From contig BTVJ01000009.1 in NCBI GenBank assembly GCA_045863395.1, positions 102,155 to 166,154 of the forward strand: 64,000 bases of DNA. Direction: 5' to 3'. This document shows positions 29,158 to 39,103 of the stretch, piece after piece. Both the position numbers and the translations under genes were made by a program. The DNA is from Myxococcales bacterium (GTDB lineage Bacteria > Myxococcota_A > UBA9042 > JABWCM01 > BTVJ01). Below the pieces are notes generated by a model. The model was not told where the DNA came from and made no database searches. It saw nothing but the letters and a program-made list of their open reading frames with translations. How positions within the stretch are numbered: position 1 is the first letter of the stretch; every line of letters begins with the position of its first letter.

Positions 29158-31635
29158 TCACTCTCCCAGCAGCCCGCTGTACCGGAGCGCCCAGTAGGGG
29201 AGGAGCCAGGCCATGGGGCCAGAGAGCCCGTGACCCTCGCCCCCGTGCTGTTTGACGTGGAAGTTGCCGTTCCACCAAATGGTTCGAATCTCGTCGTAGG
29301 GAAAGACCTCCTGCCACTGGGGCTTGTCGAAGCGGTCCAGCGGCCAGTCGTTTGCGTCCTTGCGGTGGCTCGTGTCCACCCGCAGCTCGCGCCTGTCCAG
29401 CGGCATCTCACGGAGACTCTGGATCCCGTCCGCGACGTCCGCGCTGCCGGCGCCTGCCAGAAGCGCGACGAGTGCCACCCACAGCGGGTTCCGCTCGACG
29501 CGCTCGTGCTCGTACAGAAACAGCAGACTCTCTATCCACAGGGCGCGCCGCTCCGGATCCGGCTCGTAGCGGATCAGCGTGTGGTAGGAGAGCATGGCCA
29601 GCTCGTGGTCCGAGTGGTTCATGTGGGAGGGGTTGGTGATGGTGAACGTGTCCGCGTGGGGCATGGCCACCTCGCCGTACCCGTGGTCGCGCACCAGCTC
29701 GTCGTAGGCGTCGTAGAAGCGCTGCTCCCCCGTGATGTGCCACGCCGCCAGCAGGTGCCCCATGATCTCGATGGAGTTGAGCCACCCCTCACCATACCAG
29801 GACGCGATGCAGGCGGACGCGGCCTCGAAGGGCGTCGCCGACAGCGCCGCCGCCTCCAGGCAGGGCTCCACTCCCCCGGCCGCCGCTGCGATCTGCTCCG
29901 GGTGCCAGTGTCCAAAGGTGGTCTTCTCGCCGTCGAGGTCGATGAGCTTTAGGCCGTGGTCGACCAGATACCCCGCGACATCACTGATCAGGTCCGCAAT
30001 CTGCGCCTTCTCCTCGTCATCGGCGCAGAGATCGTAGTAAAGCGGCCACCCGAAGAAGTGTCCCGCATACTCATCGGACGAGGTGTCGTCCTTCCAGTAG
30101 TATTGACGACCCTCGTGCTCCACCAGATGCCACCGGTCGCTCTCCGCCTTGCCGGAGAATACCCAGCCCTCGTCGTCCCTCACGAGGGAGCGAGCCACGA
30201 AGCCGCGCCCCAGCCCCGCCAGCTCGAAGTCGTGCGCGGGGATTTCCACGAGCAGCCGCATCGTCTCTGCGGCCTTGCGGGCCTTCTGCTTGAACGCGAC
30301 GTCTCCCGTCGCCGCGTAGGCATAGCAGAAAGCCCCCACCTGCATCTGGGTCCAGAGGCCGTCGTTGTCCGAGTCAGAGAGCGCGAGGCCCGACGGGTCC
30401 CACGGATCGTCGAGCCACGCATCAGGCGCTACGAACCCGTCCATGCGCCAGAACTCCTCAATCTGCTCGTCGAATGCGGCCGCTATACCCCCCAGGGTCC
30501 GCTCCTCCCAACGGACGCGCGAGACTCCCGCCGCTGTGGCCACCCACACGTCCTCACCCGCCGCCACGGCGCGCACCTGGTCCGAGGGGAGCCACCGGAG
30601 ACCGCACCAGTGGTCCGTCGCCCCATCGCCCACACGAATGGCGGTCGCCCCTACGCCGTGTCCGATGATCAGCCGGTCGCCGTACACAGCGAGGGAGCGC
30701 ACGTCGTCCGCGGGCAGTCCTCCCTTCCCCGCGGGCAGGTGGGCCGGCGAATCGAGGCGCGAGACACCCGTCGCCGTGCCCGCCCACGTCCCCAGCACCG
30801 GGTCGCACACCACCGCGCGCACGTCGTCGTCGAGCAGGGCGCCGCCGGCGGCGTCGTACACCACCACCTGCTCCCCCGCCACCGCCCTGACCCCCTGCGC
30901 CGTGGCGACCCACGCGGTCCCACCGGCATCGACGGCCACGTCTCGCACAGGGATCGTCACTGGCGTGCCCTCGGCGATGTCCGTCACATGGAGCAATCCT
31001 GCGCTGCCCCCCACCCAGACGCCACCCTCGCCAGAGGCGACAGCGACCCACTCCCCGGAGGGGAGCGACACCACCGCTCCATCTGCCAGCTCCACGTCGC
31101 CCTCTCGCAGAACGACCACCGAGTCGCCCTGCGGTGCCAGGTCCACCACCGCCCCAGGCGCCTCGAGGACAAAGGTCTCGTCCAGACGGTAGAGTCCGGA
31201 CGGAGTGCCCACCCACACTCCCGCTCCCACGGTGACCGCCCGCGCGTCCAGATCCGGCAGCGCCGCGGTGGTCCGAAACTGGTGAGCGACGTCCGCGAGA
31301 TAGGGGGCGCTCGCCGAGTCCACCGGGGCGCTCTTCTCCACATGGACGAAGGACGGATCAGGATAGACCCTGGGCCCGGTGTCCCCACCGCCCGCTGAGC
31401 CTCCGTCTCCCGCGTCCGCAGCCCCCTCTCCGTCTGACAGGGCCGTCGCGTCCCCTGGGGCCTCGAAAACTCCCGAGTCACCCGTCGTACGACTGACCAC
31501 CGCGTCGGCCCCGCTGTCGGCTGCGTCCTGCGGGGCCACGTCTGCCCCGCCGTCCCCTCCGCCCAGGGCGCCGCCCGCCGCCCCACCGCCGCCACAGGCA
31601 GCGACCACCACCGATGCCACCATCCAAGCGCGCAT
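29158..31635 (-). CDS. Lipoprotein with beta-propeller repeats and a C-terminal helical (glycosidase-like) domain
   Basis: Lipobox VAAC; WVGT/WVAT..G propeller repeats; conserved-looking DNDGLWT and WKDDTSSDE motifs. Confidence 0.7.
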   Translation of the reverse strand: MRAWMVASVVVAACGGGGAAGGALGGGDGGADVAPQDAADSGADAVVSRTTGDSGVFEAPGDATALSDGEGAADAGDGGSAGGGDTGPRVYPDPSFVHVEKSAPVDSASAPYLADVAHQFRTTAALPDLDARAVTVGAGVWVGTPSGLYRLDETFVLEAPGAVVDLAPQGDSVVVLREGDVELADGAVVSLPSGEWVAVASGEGGVWVGGSAGLLHVTDIAEGTPVTIPVRDVAVDAGGTAWVATAQGVRAVAGEQVVVYDAAGGALLDDDVRAVVCDPVLGTWAGTATGVSRLDSPAHLPAGKGGLPADDVRSLAVYGDRLIIGHGVGATAIRVGDGATDHWCGLRWLPSDQVRAVAAGEDVWVATAAGVSRVRWEERTLGGIAAAFDEQIEEFWRMDGFVAPDAWLDDPWDPSGLALSDSDNDGLWTQMQVGAFCYAYAATGDVAFKQKARKAAETMRLLVEIPAHDFELAGLGRGFVARSLVRDDEGWVFSGKAESDRWHLVEHEGRQYYWKDDTSSDEYAGHFFGWPLYYDLCADDEEKAQIADLISDVAGYLVDHGLKLIDLDGEKTTFGHWHPEQIAAAAGGVEPCLEAAALSATPFEAASACIASWYGEGWLNSIEIMGHLLAAWHITGEQRFYDAYDELVRDHGYGEVAMPHADTFTITNPSHMNHSDHELAMLSYHTLIRYEPDPERRALWIESLLFLYEHERVERNPLWVALVALLAGAGSADVADGIQSLREMPLDRRELRVDTSHRKDANDWPLDRFDKPQWQEVFPYDEIRTIWWNGNFHVKQHGGEGHGLSGPMAWLLPYWALRYSGLLGE

Positions 31636-31743
31636 GTCCACCTCCTTCCACATCCTACCGCACATCGCCCCCCCAACGCTCCCCTGCGCTGCACCCCCGC
31701 CAACGGTTGTGTCCACCCGCCAGGATGGCTACGCTCTCTGCCC

Positions 31744-32745
31744 ATGCGCGCCCTCATCGCCATCTCCCTGCTCGCCGCCTGCGCTACTCCGAGCGACGCC
31801 CCCGTCGAGACGGTGGACACGCACCAGGGCGACTCCCGCGACGCCTCGACAGACGTCGAGCCCCCGGCGGACGCCCCCGCGAGCGACGGCCCTGCCGACA
31901 CCCCCGACGTCCCGGACACCGGCCCGGTCCCCCTCCCCTCCCCGCTGGATCTTGGCACCTGCGAGATCGTCGCCTCGGGCACCCTGCCGGACGACACGAA
32001 CGAGTCATCGAGCCTCGCGGCCGTCCCGGGCCTTCGCACGATGACGGACCAGGACCTGCTGGTGACGCACGGCGACAAGGGCCTCACCCTCGACTTCGTG
32101 GACGCGAGCGGCAAGCGGGATGGCCGCGTGGAGGTCCTCCCTGCCGGGGACTTCGAGGCCATCACGGTCCTCTCGGTCAGCGGCCCCCCCACCGCGGCCA
32201 CCATCGAGCTCGCGGCCCTGGAGTCGCCCGGCAACAACTGCACCCGCGGCGAGGGGGTCTGTACCGACGGCCACGTCGTGCGCTTCCGCGTCGCCGCCCA
32301 GCCTGGCACCTATGCGCTGCTCGCCCCACCTCAGCAGTGGACGCTCCCACCGAAGGAGCGCACCAACTCCGAGTGCCTGGAGTGGACCGGCGACCACCTC
32401 CTGCTCTTCGCGAAGAACACGGCCGACAAGTACCGCGTGCACTTCCAGGACGGCTCACCACAGCTCGTGCTCGAGCCCCTGGTGAAGCTCAAGAGCACCG
32501 AAGCGCAGGGCAAGCTGACCGATCTGACCCACGACCCGGCGACTGGACGGCTGCTGGCCACCTCAATCACCGACGGCGGCGCCATCCTGGTCGAGCTGGA
32601 CGCGGAGACCTTCGAGCCGCTCCACCTCAAGCCCATCCCACCGCCCCTCGCCTTCGAGAAGGTGGAGGGGATCGCGGTCCTCGCCGACCAGACCGTGGCC
32701 ATCACCACCGAGAAGGGGAGCATCCGGCAGTATCGCTGCCGCTGA
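31744..32745 (+). CDS. Hypothetical lipoprotein, probable beta-propeller
   Basis: Lipobox LAAC; ESSSLA, DFEAIT, NSECL and KVEGIA repeats. Confidence 0.65.
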   Translation: MRALIAISLLAACATPSDAPVETVDTHQGDSRDASTDVEPPADAPASDGPADTPDVPDTGPVPLPSPLDLGTCEIVASGTLPDDTNESSSLAAVPGLRTMTDQDLLVTHGDKGLTLDFVDASGKRDGRVEVLPAGDFEAITVLSVSGPPTAATIELAALESPGNNCTRGEGVCTDGHVVRFRVAAQPGTYALLAPPQQWTLPPKERTNSECLEWTGDHLLLFAKNTADKYRVHFQDGSPQLVLEPLVKLKSTEAQGKLTDLTHDPATGRLLATSITDGGAILVELDAETFEPLHLKPIPPPLAFEKVEGIAVLADQTVAITTEKGSIRQYRCR

Positions 32746-32802
32746 TCCCCCTCGCTGGCCCCGCCAGTCCACATCGGCTACCATCCCCCGCCGGAGGTGC
32801 CC

Positions 32803-33840
32803 ATGTGCCAGACCCACGAGTACGCCGATGCCTATGCCCTCGCCGAGCTGCCCTGGTTCACGCTGAAGGAGGGGCGCATCGTCCTCGAGGACTCCTCGGT
32901 GGAGCCCGCCGTCGACGTACACACCCACCTGGCCCTGGCCTACGGCCGCCCCATGCAGGTGGACCTGTGGCAGGAGCACCCGCAGACGGAGCACTACCTG
33001 CCCTTGGAGCGGCGGCTCGACATGGACACCTACGTCAACCGCAACTTCACGGACGATGACCTGACCCGCATGAAGCGGGACCTGACGCTGGGCAGCCTGG
33101 GCGCCGGGGGAATGCGGCGAACCCACACAGCGCCGAACCTGATGCGTGAGATGGCTGACATGGGTGTCGGCCTGTCCATCCTGCTCCCCATCGAGCTGCC
33201 CGGCATCTCCCGCAACGCCGAGACCTACCTCGACGTGGCAGAGCGGGCCCCAACCCTGCTCAGCATGGGGTCGGTCCACCCCTGGTCGAACGACGTGGCC
33301 GGGCGCCTGGCGACCCAGAAGACCCTGGGTGCCCTCGGCGTGAAGGTCCACCCGGCGGTCCAGATGGTGGCGCCGGACGACGAGCGCGCCATGGCACTCT
33401 ACCGGGTGTGCGCCGAGCTCGACCTGCCGGTGCTCTGGCACTGCGGTCCCGTGGGCATCGAGCCGCGGCTCGGGCGCTACCTGTCACACCTCAAGCACTA
33501 CTGGCCCGCCATCCACGCCAACCCGCGGACGACGTTCATCCTCGGGCACTCGGGGGCGCTGCAGATGGAGATGGCCCTCGACCTCTGCCGCGCCTACCCC
33601 AACGTGTGGATGGAGATGTCGAGCCAGTCGGCGACCAACGTGAAGCGCATCGTGCGGGAGGCCCCTCCAGAGAGGGTCCTCTTCGGGTCCGACTGGCCCT
33701 TCTATCACCAGGCGATCCCGCTGGCGAAGGTGCTGGAGGCCACGGAGGGGGACCCCGGCGCGCGGCGCCGTGTGCTCTGGGAGAACGCCGCCCGCCTGTT
33801 CGGGCTTACCCGTGAGCAGGTGTTCGCGTCCCGGTCGTGA
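32803..33840 (+). CDS. Amidohydrolase family 2 protein
   Basis: DVHTH, GVKVH, LWHCG, ILGHSG, LFGSDWP, ENAARL motifs. Confidence 0.85.
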   Translation: MCQTHEYADAYALAELPWFTLKEGRIVLEDSSVEPAVDVHTHLALAYGRPMQVDLWQEHPQTEHYLPLERRLDMDTYVNRNFTDDDLTRMKRDLTLGSLGAGGMRRTHTAPNLMREMADMGVGLSILLPIELPGISRNAETYLDVAERAPTLLSMGSVHPWSNDVAGRLATQKTLGALGVKVHPAVQMVAPDDERAMALYRVCAELDLPVLWHCGPVGIEPRLGRYLSHLKHYWPAIHANPRTTFILGHSGALQMEMALDLCRAYPNVWMEMSSQSATNVKRIVREAPPERVLFGSDWPFYHQAIPLAKVLEATEGDPGARRRVLWENAARLFGLTREQVFASRS

Positions 33841-33878
33841 GCCGCTGCTCCCGAGGCGACGCCCCCGCCGCCCGCCGA

Positions 33879-36482
33879 TCAGAAGCACCCGAAGGTCGTC
33901 GCGCTCAGCCCCTTGGCGCCCGGGTTGCCGGCGCTCCCGCCGCCCGCGCCCCCGAAGCCCGCCGTCAACTGGTTGCCCGAGAGCACCGGCGCAGCCCCTC
34001 CGCTGCACACCACCGCCACCGACGGACCGCCACCACCGCCACCGCCGGCCCCACCTGCGCCACCATTCCCACCGTCACCACCCTGCAGGCCGACGCCCTG
34101 GCTGTCCTGGTCGCCCTTGGCGCCGCCAGGACCGCCGGGCCCGCCGCTCCCGCCGAGCCCTCCCTGACCGCCAGCCCCGCCCGTGCCACCGGCGCCGGAC
34201 GCGATGGCGTTGCCGAGCAGCGCCGGCTTGCCCCCGTAGACGAGCACCCCAAAGGAGCCGCCGCCGCCGCCCCCTGCTCCGCCGGGAGTCCCTCCACAGC
34301 CGCCGCCACCACCGCCGCCGCCGCTCGAACCGTAGGTCTTGCACCAGCTCAAGGTGAAGCACCCGGCCTCGTCGCCCCCGCCACCACCGCCGCCACCGCC
34401 GCCGCTGCCCGCGCCGCCTGCGCCGCCCGGGGCGCCGCCTGCACCGAAATACCCCGTCGCGGTGAACTCTCCGAGCTCACCCCCTCCTGCCCCATGCTGG
34501 CCAGGCGCCCCGGGCCCTCCCTTGGTCCCCGCCGTCCCGTTCTGCGTCTTGGCGCCGCCTGGGCCCCCGGCCCCACCATTGAGGCCGCCCCCCTTCCCGC
34601 CATCGCCGCCCTTGCCCCCGCTGTCGCCCCCGTCGCCGCCCTTGCCTCCTGCCGCACCGCACGGGCTCGTGCCGGCGGCCCCTCCCACCGGCTTGGCGCA
34701 GGACCCGCAAATGCCGATGCACGCCGTTCCATTCTCACAGCCGCTCTGCCCGCCGGTCCCCGTCCCAGCCGTCGCGCCCTGGCTCCCGGGCGCACCCGCC
34801 GCGCCCGCACCTCCAGCCCCGGCCTCGATGGTGTTGTAGCGCAGCTCGACCCCGGTCGAACCGCTGATCAGCACGCCGATGCTGCTCGCGCCGCTGCCAC
34901 CGGTGTTGGCGCTCGTGATGGTGAACCCGTCCAGAATGGTCGGCACGCCGATGCCCTCCGCCCGGACGGCCACGGACCCGCCCTGGATCTGCGTCACGTA
35001 GGACTTGCTGCGCCCCCACCCGTTCTTGGCGCTGTAGCCGCCGAACAGGCTGATGCCCGCCTGCAGCTCGACGGTCTCCGCGTAGATGCCTTGCGAGACG
35101 TAGACATGGGGCCTCTGGGCCGCCTGCGCCGCGGCGATGCCCTGGGCGATGGTCTTGAGGGGCTCCTCCCGGGTGCCTGGGTTGCCAGCCTTCCCCCCGA
35201 CGCCGTCCACGAACACCCCGAGCGCCACGGTCCCATCCAGACCGTCGCAGTCCGAGTCCAGCCCCGACGGGTCGGGCTCGTCCTCCGCCTCCGCCCCCTC
35301 CATCGGGTCGCACGGCGCCAGCACCCCGCCGAGGCAGTTGGGGACCTGGTGCTCGCACACGCCGAGGCCACAGCTCGTCACCCCGAGGTCTGACGCCTCG
35401 TCCGTGTCCCCGTCGCAGTCGTTGTCCTGCCCGTCACACACCTCCGCATGCGCCGTGTCATCCCCCTCGCACACAAGCGTCCCGCCGTCGCTGGAGCACA
35501 CCCACCCCCCCTCGGCGCACAGGTCCGCGTCCGGACCGTCGCAGGGCGTGCCCTTGTCGGGCCACAGCTCGTCCGTCTCTCCGTCGCAGTCGTCGTCCTT
35601 GCCGTTGCACACCTCGGCCACGGCGCCCTCGAACGGGTTGCACGCCTGGGGCACCCCGCCCACGCACCCGGGCACCTGGTGCGCGCACACGCCGAGCCCA
35701 CAGGAGAGGGGCTCCACGTCCTCGTCCGTCGCGCCGTCGCAGTCGTCGTCCTTGCCGTTGCACGCCTCGACCGCAGGCACCGCCGCCGTGCAGGCCTCCC
35801 ACCCCTCGGGCCCGCAGGTGCGCTTCCCGCTACACGTTCCGGCATCCGATGTGTTCGAGCAGGTCGTCGACGTGTTCCAGAAGGCCTTGGGGCAAGGGCA
35901 GTCTCCCACCGTCGCCACGCACTGCTCCCCGTCGCACGTGTATCCCTCGGGGCAGGCGTCACCGCAAGGGATGCCGCAGAAGCTCCCGATCCCGCCGTAG
36001 GACACACAACGGTTGTCGGCGTTGCCCGTGCCCTCGGTGCACTCCGAGTCCTTGTCGCAGGGCTTGCAGAGCTGCGTCGAGACCTGGGCGCAGATGTAGG
36101 TGATGTCCGGTGGGGTGTTGACGATGGCCTGGCACGTCCAGCCCGCGGGGCAGTTCTCGATGCAGGTCTGGGTGCACACGAGGCCGTCCAGGGACGGCAC
36201 GCACCAGTTGCTGTCACACTCCTCGTTGACGTTGCAGGGGCAGCCGAAGCCGCCGGGGCAGTCGAGGGTCGCGTCGACCTCCCCCAGGTGGACGTCCCCG
36301 CCCCCGCCGGCGTCCCCTCCGAGCACGTCCTTGCCCACCGGGACGTCCCCGGCCCCGCTCCCGTCGGCACCCGCGCTGGTCTCCGGCCCACTGTCTGCTG
36401 CCCCCGCGTCGACGCCAGAGCCGCTGAGGCCCTCGTCACCGCAGGCCGCGAGGAGCAGTACGAGTAGGGCGCGTCGAGTCAT
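33879..36482 (-). CDS. Mosaic lipoprotein: Cys-rich domain, ECNGKDDDCDG metal-binding-type repeats, beta-helix-like segment and Gly-rich tail
   Basis: Start MTRRALLVLLLAAC; three to four E.C.G.D.DCDG..DE repeats; GNPGTREEPLKTI..GIY.E; PE-PGRS-like GGxGG tail. Confidence 0.78.
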   Translation of the reverse strand: MTRRALLVLLLAACGDEGLSGSGVDAGAADSGPETSAGADGSGAGDVPVGKDVLGGDAGGGGDVHLGEVDATLDCPGGFGCPCNVNEECDSNWCVPSLDGLVCTQTCIENCPAGWTCQAIVNTPPDITYICAQVSTQLCKPCDKDSECTEGTGNADNRCVSYGGIGSFCGIPCGDACPEGYTCDGEQCVATVGDCPCPKAFWNTSTTCSNTSDAGTCSGKRTCGPEGWEACTAAVPAVEACNGKDDDCDGATDEDVEPLSCGLGVCAHQVPGCVGGVPQACNPFEGAVAEVCNGKDDDCDGETDELWPDKGTPCDGPDADLCAEGGWVCSSDGGTLVCEGDDTAHAEVCDGQDNDCDGDTDEASDLGVTSCGLGVCEHQVPNCLGGVLAPCDPMEGAEAEDEPDPSGLDSDCDGLDGTVALGVFVDGVGGKAGNPGTREEPLKTIAQGIAAAQAAQRPHVYVSQGIYAETVELQAGISLFGGYSAKNGWGRSKSYVTQIQGGSVAVRAEGIGVPTILDGFTITSANTGGSGASSIGVLISGSTGVELRYNTIEAGAGGAGAAGAPGSQGATAGTGTGGQSGCENGTACIGICGSCAKPVGGAAGTSPCGAAGGKGGDGGDSGGKGGDGGKGGGLNGGAGGPGGAKTQNGTAGTKGGPGAPGQHGAGGGELGEFTATGYFGAGGAPGGAGGAGSGGGGGGGGGGDEAGCFTLSWCKTYGSSGGGGGGGGCGGTPGGAGGGGGGSFGVLVYGGKPALLGNAIASGAGGTGGAGGQGGLGGSGGPGGPGGAKGDQDSQGVGLQGGDGGNGGAGGAGGGGGGGPSVAVVCSGGAAPVLSGNQLTAGFGGAGGGSAGNPGAKGLSATTFGCF

Positions 36483-37935
36483 GGCGTGTCTCCGTGAGGG
36501 AGGTGGCTGTGCTCGGCGAAGTGTAGGGCATGGGAGCGCCCGTCGCCAGCGCCCACAGGGGGAAGGGCGACGGTCCGCGGCTTGCCTCGCCAGCCACCAG
36601 GACCAGCCACGCGGTGGGCGCCGCGCCGACACCCACCGTGAGATCGGGCGCGTCGTGGGACGCCACGGGCACTCCCCCGGCGCCCGCGGCACACTGGAGC
36701 CGCGCGACGGTCGCCAGCAGCTCCCGCGCCCCAGTCCCGTCCCCCGCGCGCAGCTTGGCCAGGGCCACTCCGAGGGTGCCCTCCGACCAGATGGAGGGCA
36801 GCAGGTCCCAGTCCACGCCGTGGTCTGCGGACACGCCCGCGTAGGCGCGGTGCCCCACGAGCACACCCCTGCGCAACCCGAAGCGCCGGTCGAGACGGTC
36901 CAGGACACCCGGGACCGCCTCGGCACGCCCCCGCGCCAGCAGCATGAGCGCCGTCCAGCTCCCGGCCGCGTCCAGCGCCTCGTCCAGGACCAGGCCATCC
37001 TCACGAGCGGCCGCCGCGAAGCGTCCTTCCTCGGCCAGCCACAGGCGCTGCTCGACGGCGTCTCCGAGCCAGGATGCCGCCTGACGCAGCTCTCCGTCCC
37101 CGGTGAGCGCAGAGAGCAGGTCCAGGAAGAACCACGCGTCCACCTGGTGCTCGGTGACCGCGGCATCCAGGACGAAGTCCGGGTGGAAGGTCTCCTGGTT
37201 CCGGTCCCAGCGCCCACTGCCCCCCAGCACCAGGCCGTCCCGGGGATCCCCCGGAGCGTCCACGCGCTGCCGCAGGAGCCAGGCCGCAGCCCGCAGCGCC
37301 GCCGCCCGAAAGGTGTGCTCCCCCGTGACCCGCTCGTACATGGCGAAGGCGTACCCGACCCAGGCGACGGTCCCAGCCCTCACGTAGCGGCGGTTGTAGA
37401 AGGTGTCCCCGATGGTGTTGAAGGAGAAGCCGATGGCCCCATCGTCGGCCTGGAGCGACTCCAGGGTGCGCAGGACCCCCGCCGCACGGCCCGGCTCACC
37501 CCGCTCCAAGAGCACGATGGCGACCAGCGCGTCGTCGTAAGCGAAAGAGCGCCCGACGGGCACGAACCACGGGTCGATGCGGTCGTCGCCGGTGGGCTCG
37601 GGGAAGGACAGCACCGCGAGGCGCTCCCCGGCCACCGGACGCAGGGCCTCGGTGTCGTCTCCGTCACGCTCGTAGGTGGCCTCGACCTCGTAGGGCACCA
37701 GCGTCAGCCAGCGGGCCGCCCGCTCCGCAGCGCCAGCCAGGTCCCCCGGCTCGAGGCCCACGTCGGCACACGGCGACAGCGGCCCGATGCGAATCTCGCG
37801 GGGTGTGGGGGCGCAGGCCATCGAGCCGAGGATCATGGCGAGGGCCAAGCCACCGACCGCACGCCAGCGCCGGGGTGCCACGCAGCGACGATGGGGCGGA
37901 CGAGGCGCCGGAGCGTCAGTTGCGCTCCATGCCAC
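36436..37935 (-). CDS. Exported putative (alpha/alpha)-barrel glycosidase-like protein
   Basis: Hydrophobic segment ending MAC; SFAYDDALVAI, VTEHQVDAW and IWSEGT motifs; last gene of the GT2 cluster; start uncertain. Confidence 0.55.
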   Translation of the reverse strand: MAWSATDAPAPRPPHRRCVAPRRWRAVGGLALAMILGSMACAPTPREIRIGPLSPCADVGLEPGDLAGAAERAARWLTLVPYEVEATYERDGDDTEALRPVAGERLAVLSFPEPTGDDRIDPWFVPVGRSFAYDDALVAIVLLERGEPGRAAGVLRTLESLQADDGAIGFSFNTIGDTFYNRRYVRAGTVAWVGYAFAMYERVTGEHTFRAAALRAAAWLLRQRVDAPGDPRDGLVLGGSGRWDRNQETFHPDFVLDAAVTEHQVDAWFFLDLLSALTGDGELRQAASWLGDAVEQRLWLAEEGRFAAAAREDGLVLDEALDAAGSWTALMLLARGRAEAVPGVLDRLDRRFGLRRGVLVGHRAYAGVSADHGVDWDLLPSIWSEGTLGVALAKLRAGDGTGARELLATVARLQCAAGAGGVPVASHDAPDLTVGVGAAPTAWLVLVAGEASRGPSPFPLWALATGAPMPYTSPSTATSLTETRHDSTRPTRTAPRGLR

Positions 37936-39103
37936 CGAGGACGTTCTCCATGAGCGGCAGGTAGTACTCCCAGAAGAACCACTCGTTGGTGGCGCTCTGG
38001 CGGTAGCGGGCGAAGTAGCGCTTGTAGGACGGATACCACGCGACTCCGTAGGGCTCGTCCTCGATGACCGTGTCGCCGAAGTCGCCGGCGAAGTACCAGG
38101 CCTGGTAGTCCCCCTTCCAGCTCGTGATGGCCGGGAAACGCGACGGGATGCCCCACTCGTCGAGCTTCTTCTGCCCCGCGGGCCGCACGTCGATCACGAA
38201 CTCCGAGTGGACCGTCGTGCCCTTCCCGGGCCTCACGATGTCGAACCAGTAGTTGTAGGGGACCGCGTCGGACACTCCGCGAAGCACCGGGTCGTTGTTG
38301 TCCACGTTGTAGATCTTGCACAGCTCGTCGCCGATGTCCTTGCCCACCTGGAGCACGACCAGGTTCTCCTTCGTGTCGAAGAAGATGAAGCCGGGGCCGC
38401 TGAAGTGCCACGAGGTGGCCCCGTGGGTCTTCTTCCACAGCTCGTAGACCCACCAGGGCAGGTCGAGCGGGTCCGACAGGTCCTCGACGAAGCGGCCAAT
38501 CCAGTGGCTCCAGTCCACGTGGAGCACCTTCTCCAGGCGCTGGCGCGGGCTGGTCTCCGTCGGCAGCGCGAAGGAGTTGAACTCCGCGATGATGTGCCCG
38601 CCACGCCCCACGTACCGCTCAATGGCACCCATCTCATCGTCCGTGAGACCACCGTAGACAGGAGGGTTGCGCACGCGGTGCTCCTCCTCCGTGTCGATGT
38701 GCTTCAGGTCCAGCTCGTAGGCCCCATACGTGTCTGCCAGATAGAGCACGTTGGTCCCGGCAAGCTCCCCGTCGTCGACCGAACGCCACGTGCTCCACCA
38801 GCGCGCCTCCGCCTCAGGCACCCCCTTGAGCTGCGCCATGACGTAGCGGAGCCCAGGGTAGTACCCGACGTGGTCCGTCGACAGCGCCCATGCGTCGTGC
38901 CCCTCCGGCGCCGGGTAGCGCAGATGATTGAGCACCCAGAACACGGAGCCGTGCTCCTTGTAGCTCACGAAGGGCACGGTCTTGGTGACCACCGTGATGC
39001 GCAGGTCTTTGGAGGGCCCCATGATCCAGGCGATGTAGGGCGACATGATGATCAGGCCGATCACCACCAGGAAGACGATGAGGAAGACCAGCCGCCGGAT
39101 CAT
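37916..39103 (-). CDS. Membrane-anchored hypothetical protein associated with the GT2
   Basis: N-terminal TM; KTVP..YKEH.S.FWVLNH, YLADTYG, YFAGDF; ATGA overlap with the GT2 stop. Confidence 0.7.
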   Translation of the reverse strand: MIRRLVFLIVFLVVIGLIIMSPYIAWIMGPSKDLRITVVTKTVPFVSYKEHGSVFWVLNHLRYPAPEGHDAWALSTDHVGYYPGLRYVMAQLKGVPEAEARWWSTWRSVDDGELAGTNVLYLADTYGAYELDLKHIDTEEEHRVRNPPVYGGLTDDEMGAIERYVGRGGHIIAEFNSFALPTETSPRQRLEKVLHVDWSHWIGRFVEDLSDPLDLPWWVYELWKKTHGATSWHFSGPGFIFFDTKENLVVLQVGKDIGDELCKIYNVDNNDPVLRGVSDAVPYNYWFDIVRPGKGTTVHSEFVIDVRPAGQKKLDEWGIPSRFPAITSWKGDYQAWYFAGDFGDTVIEDEPYGVAWYPSYKRYFARYRQSATNEWFFWEYYLPLMENVLGGMERN

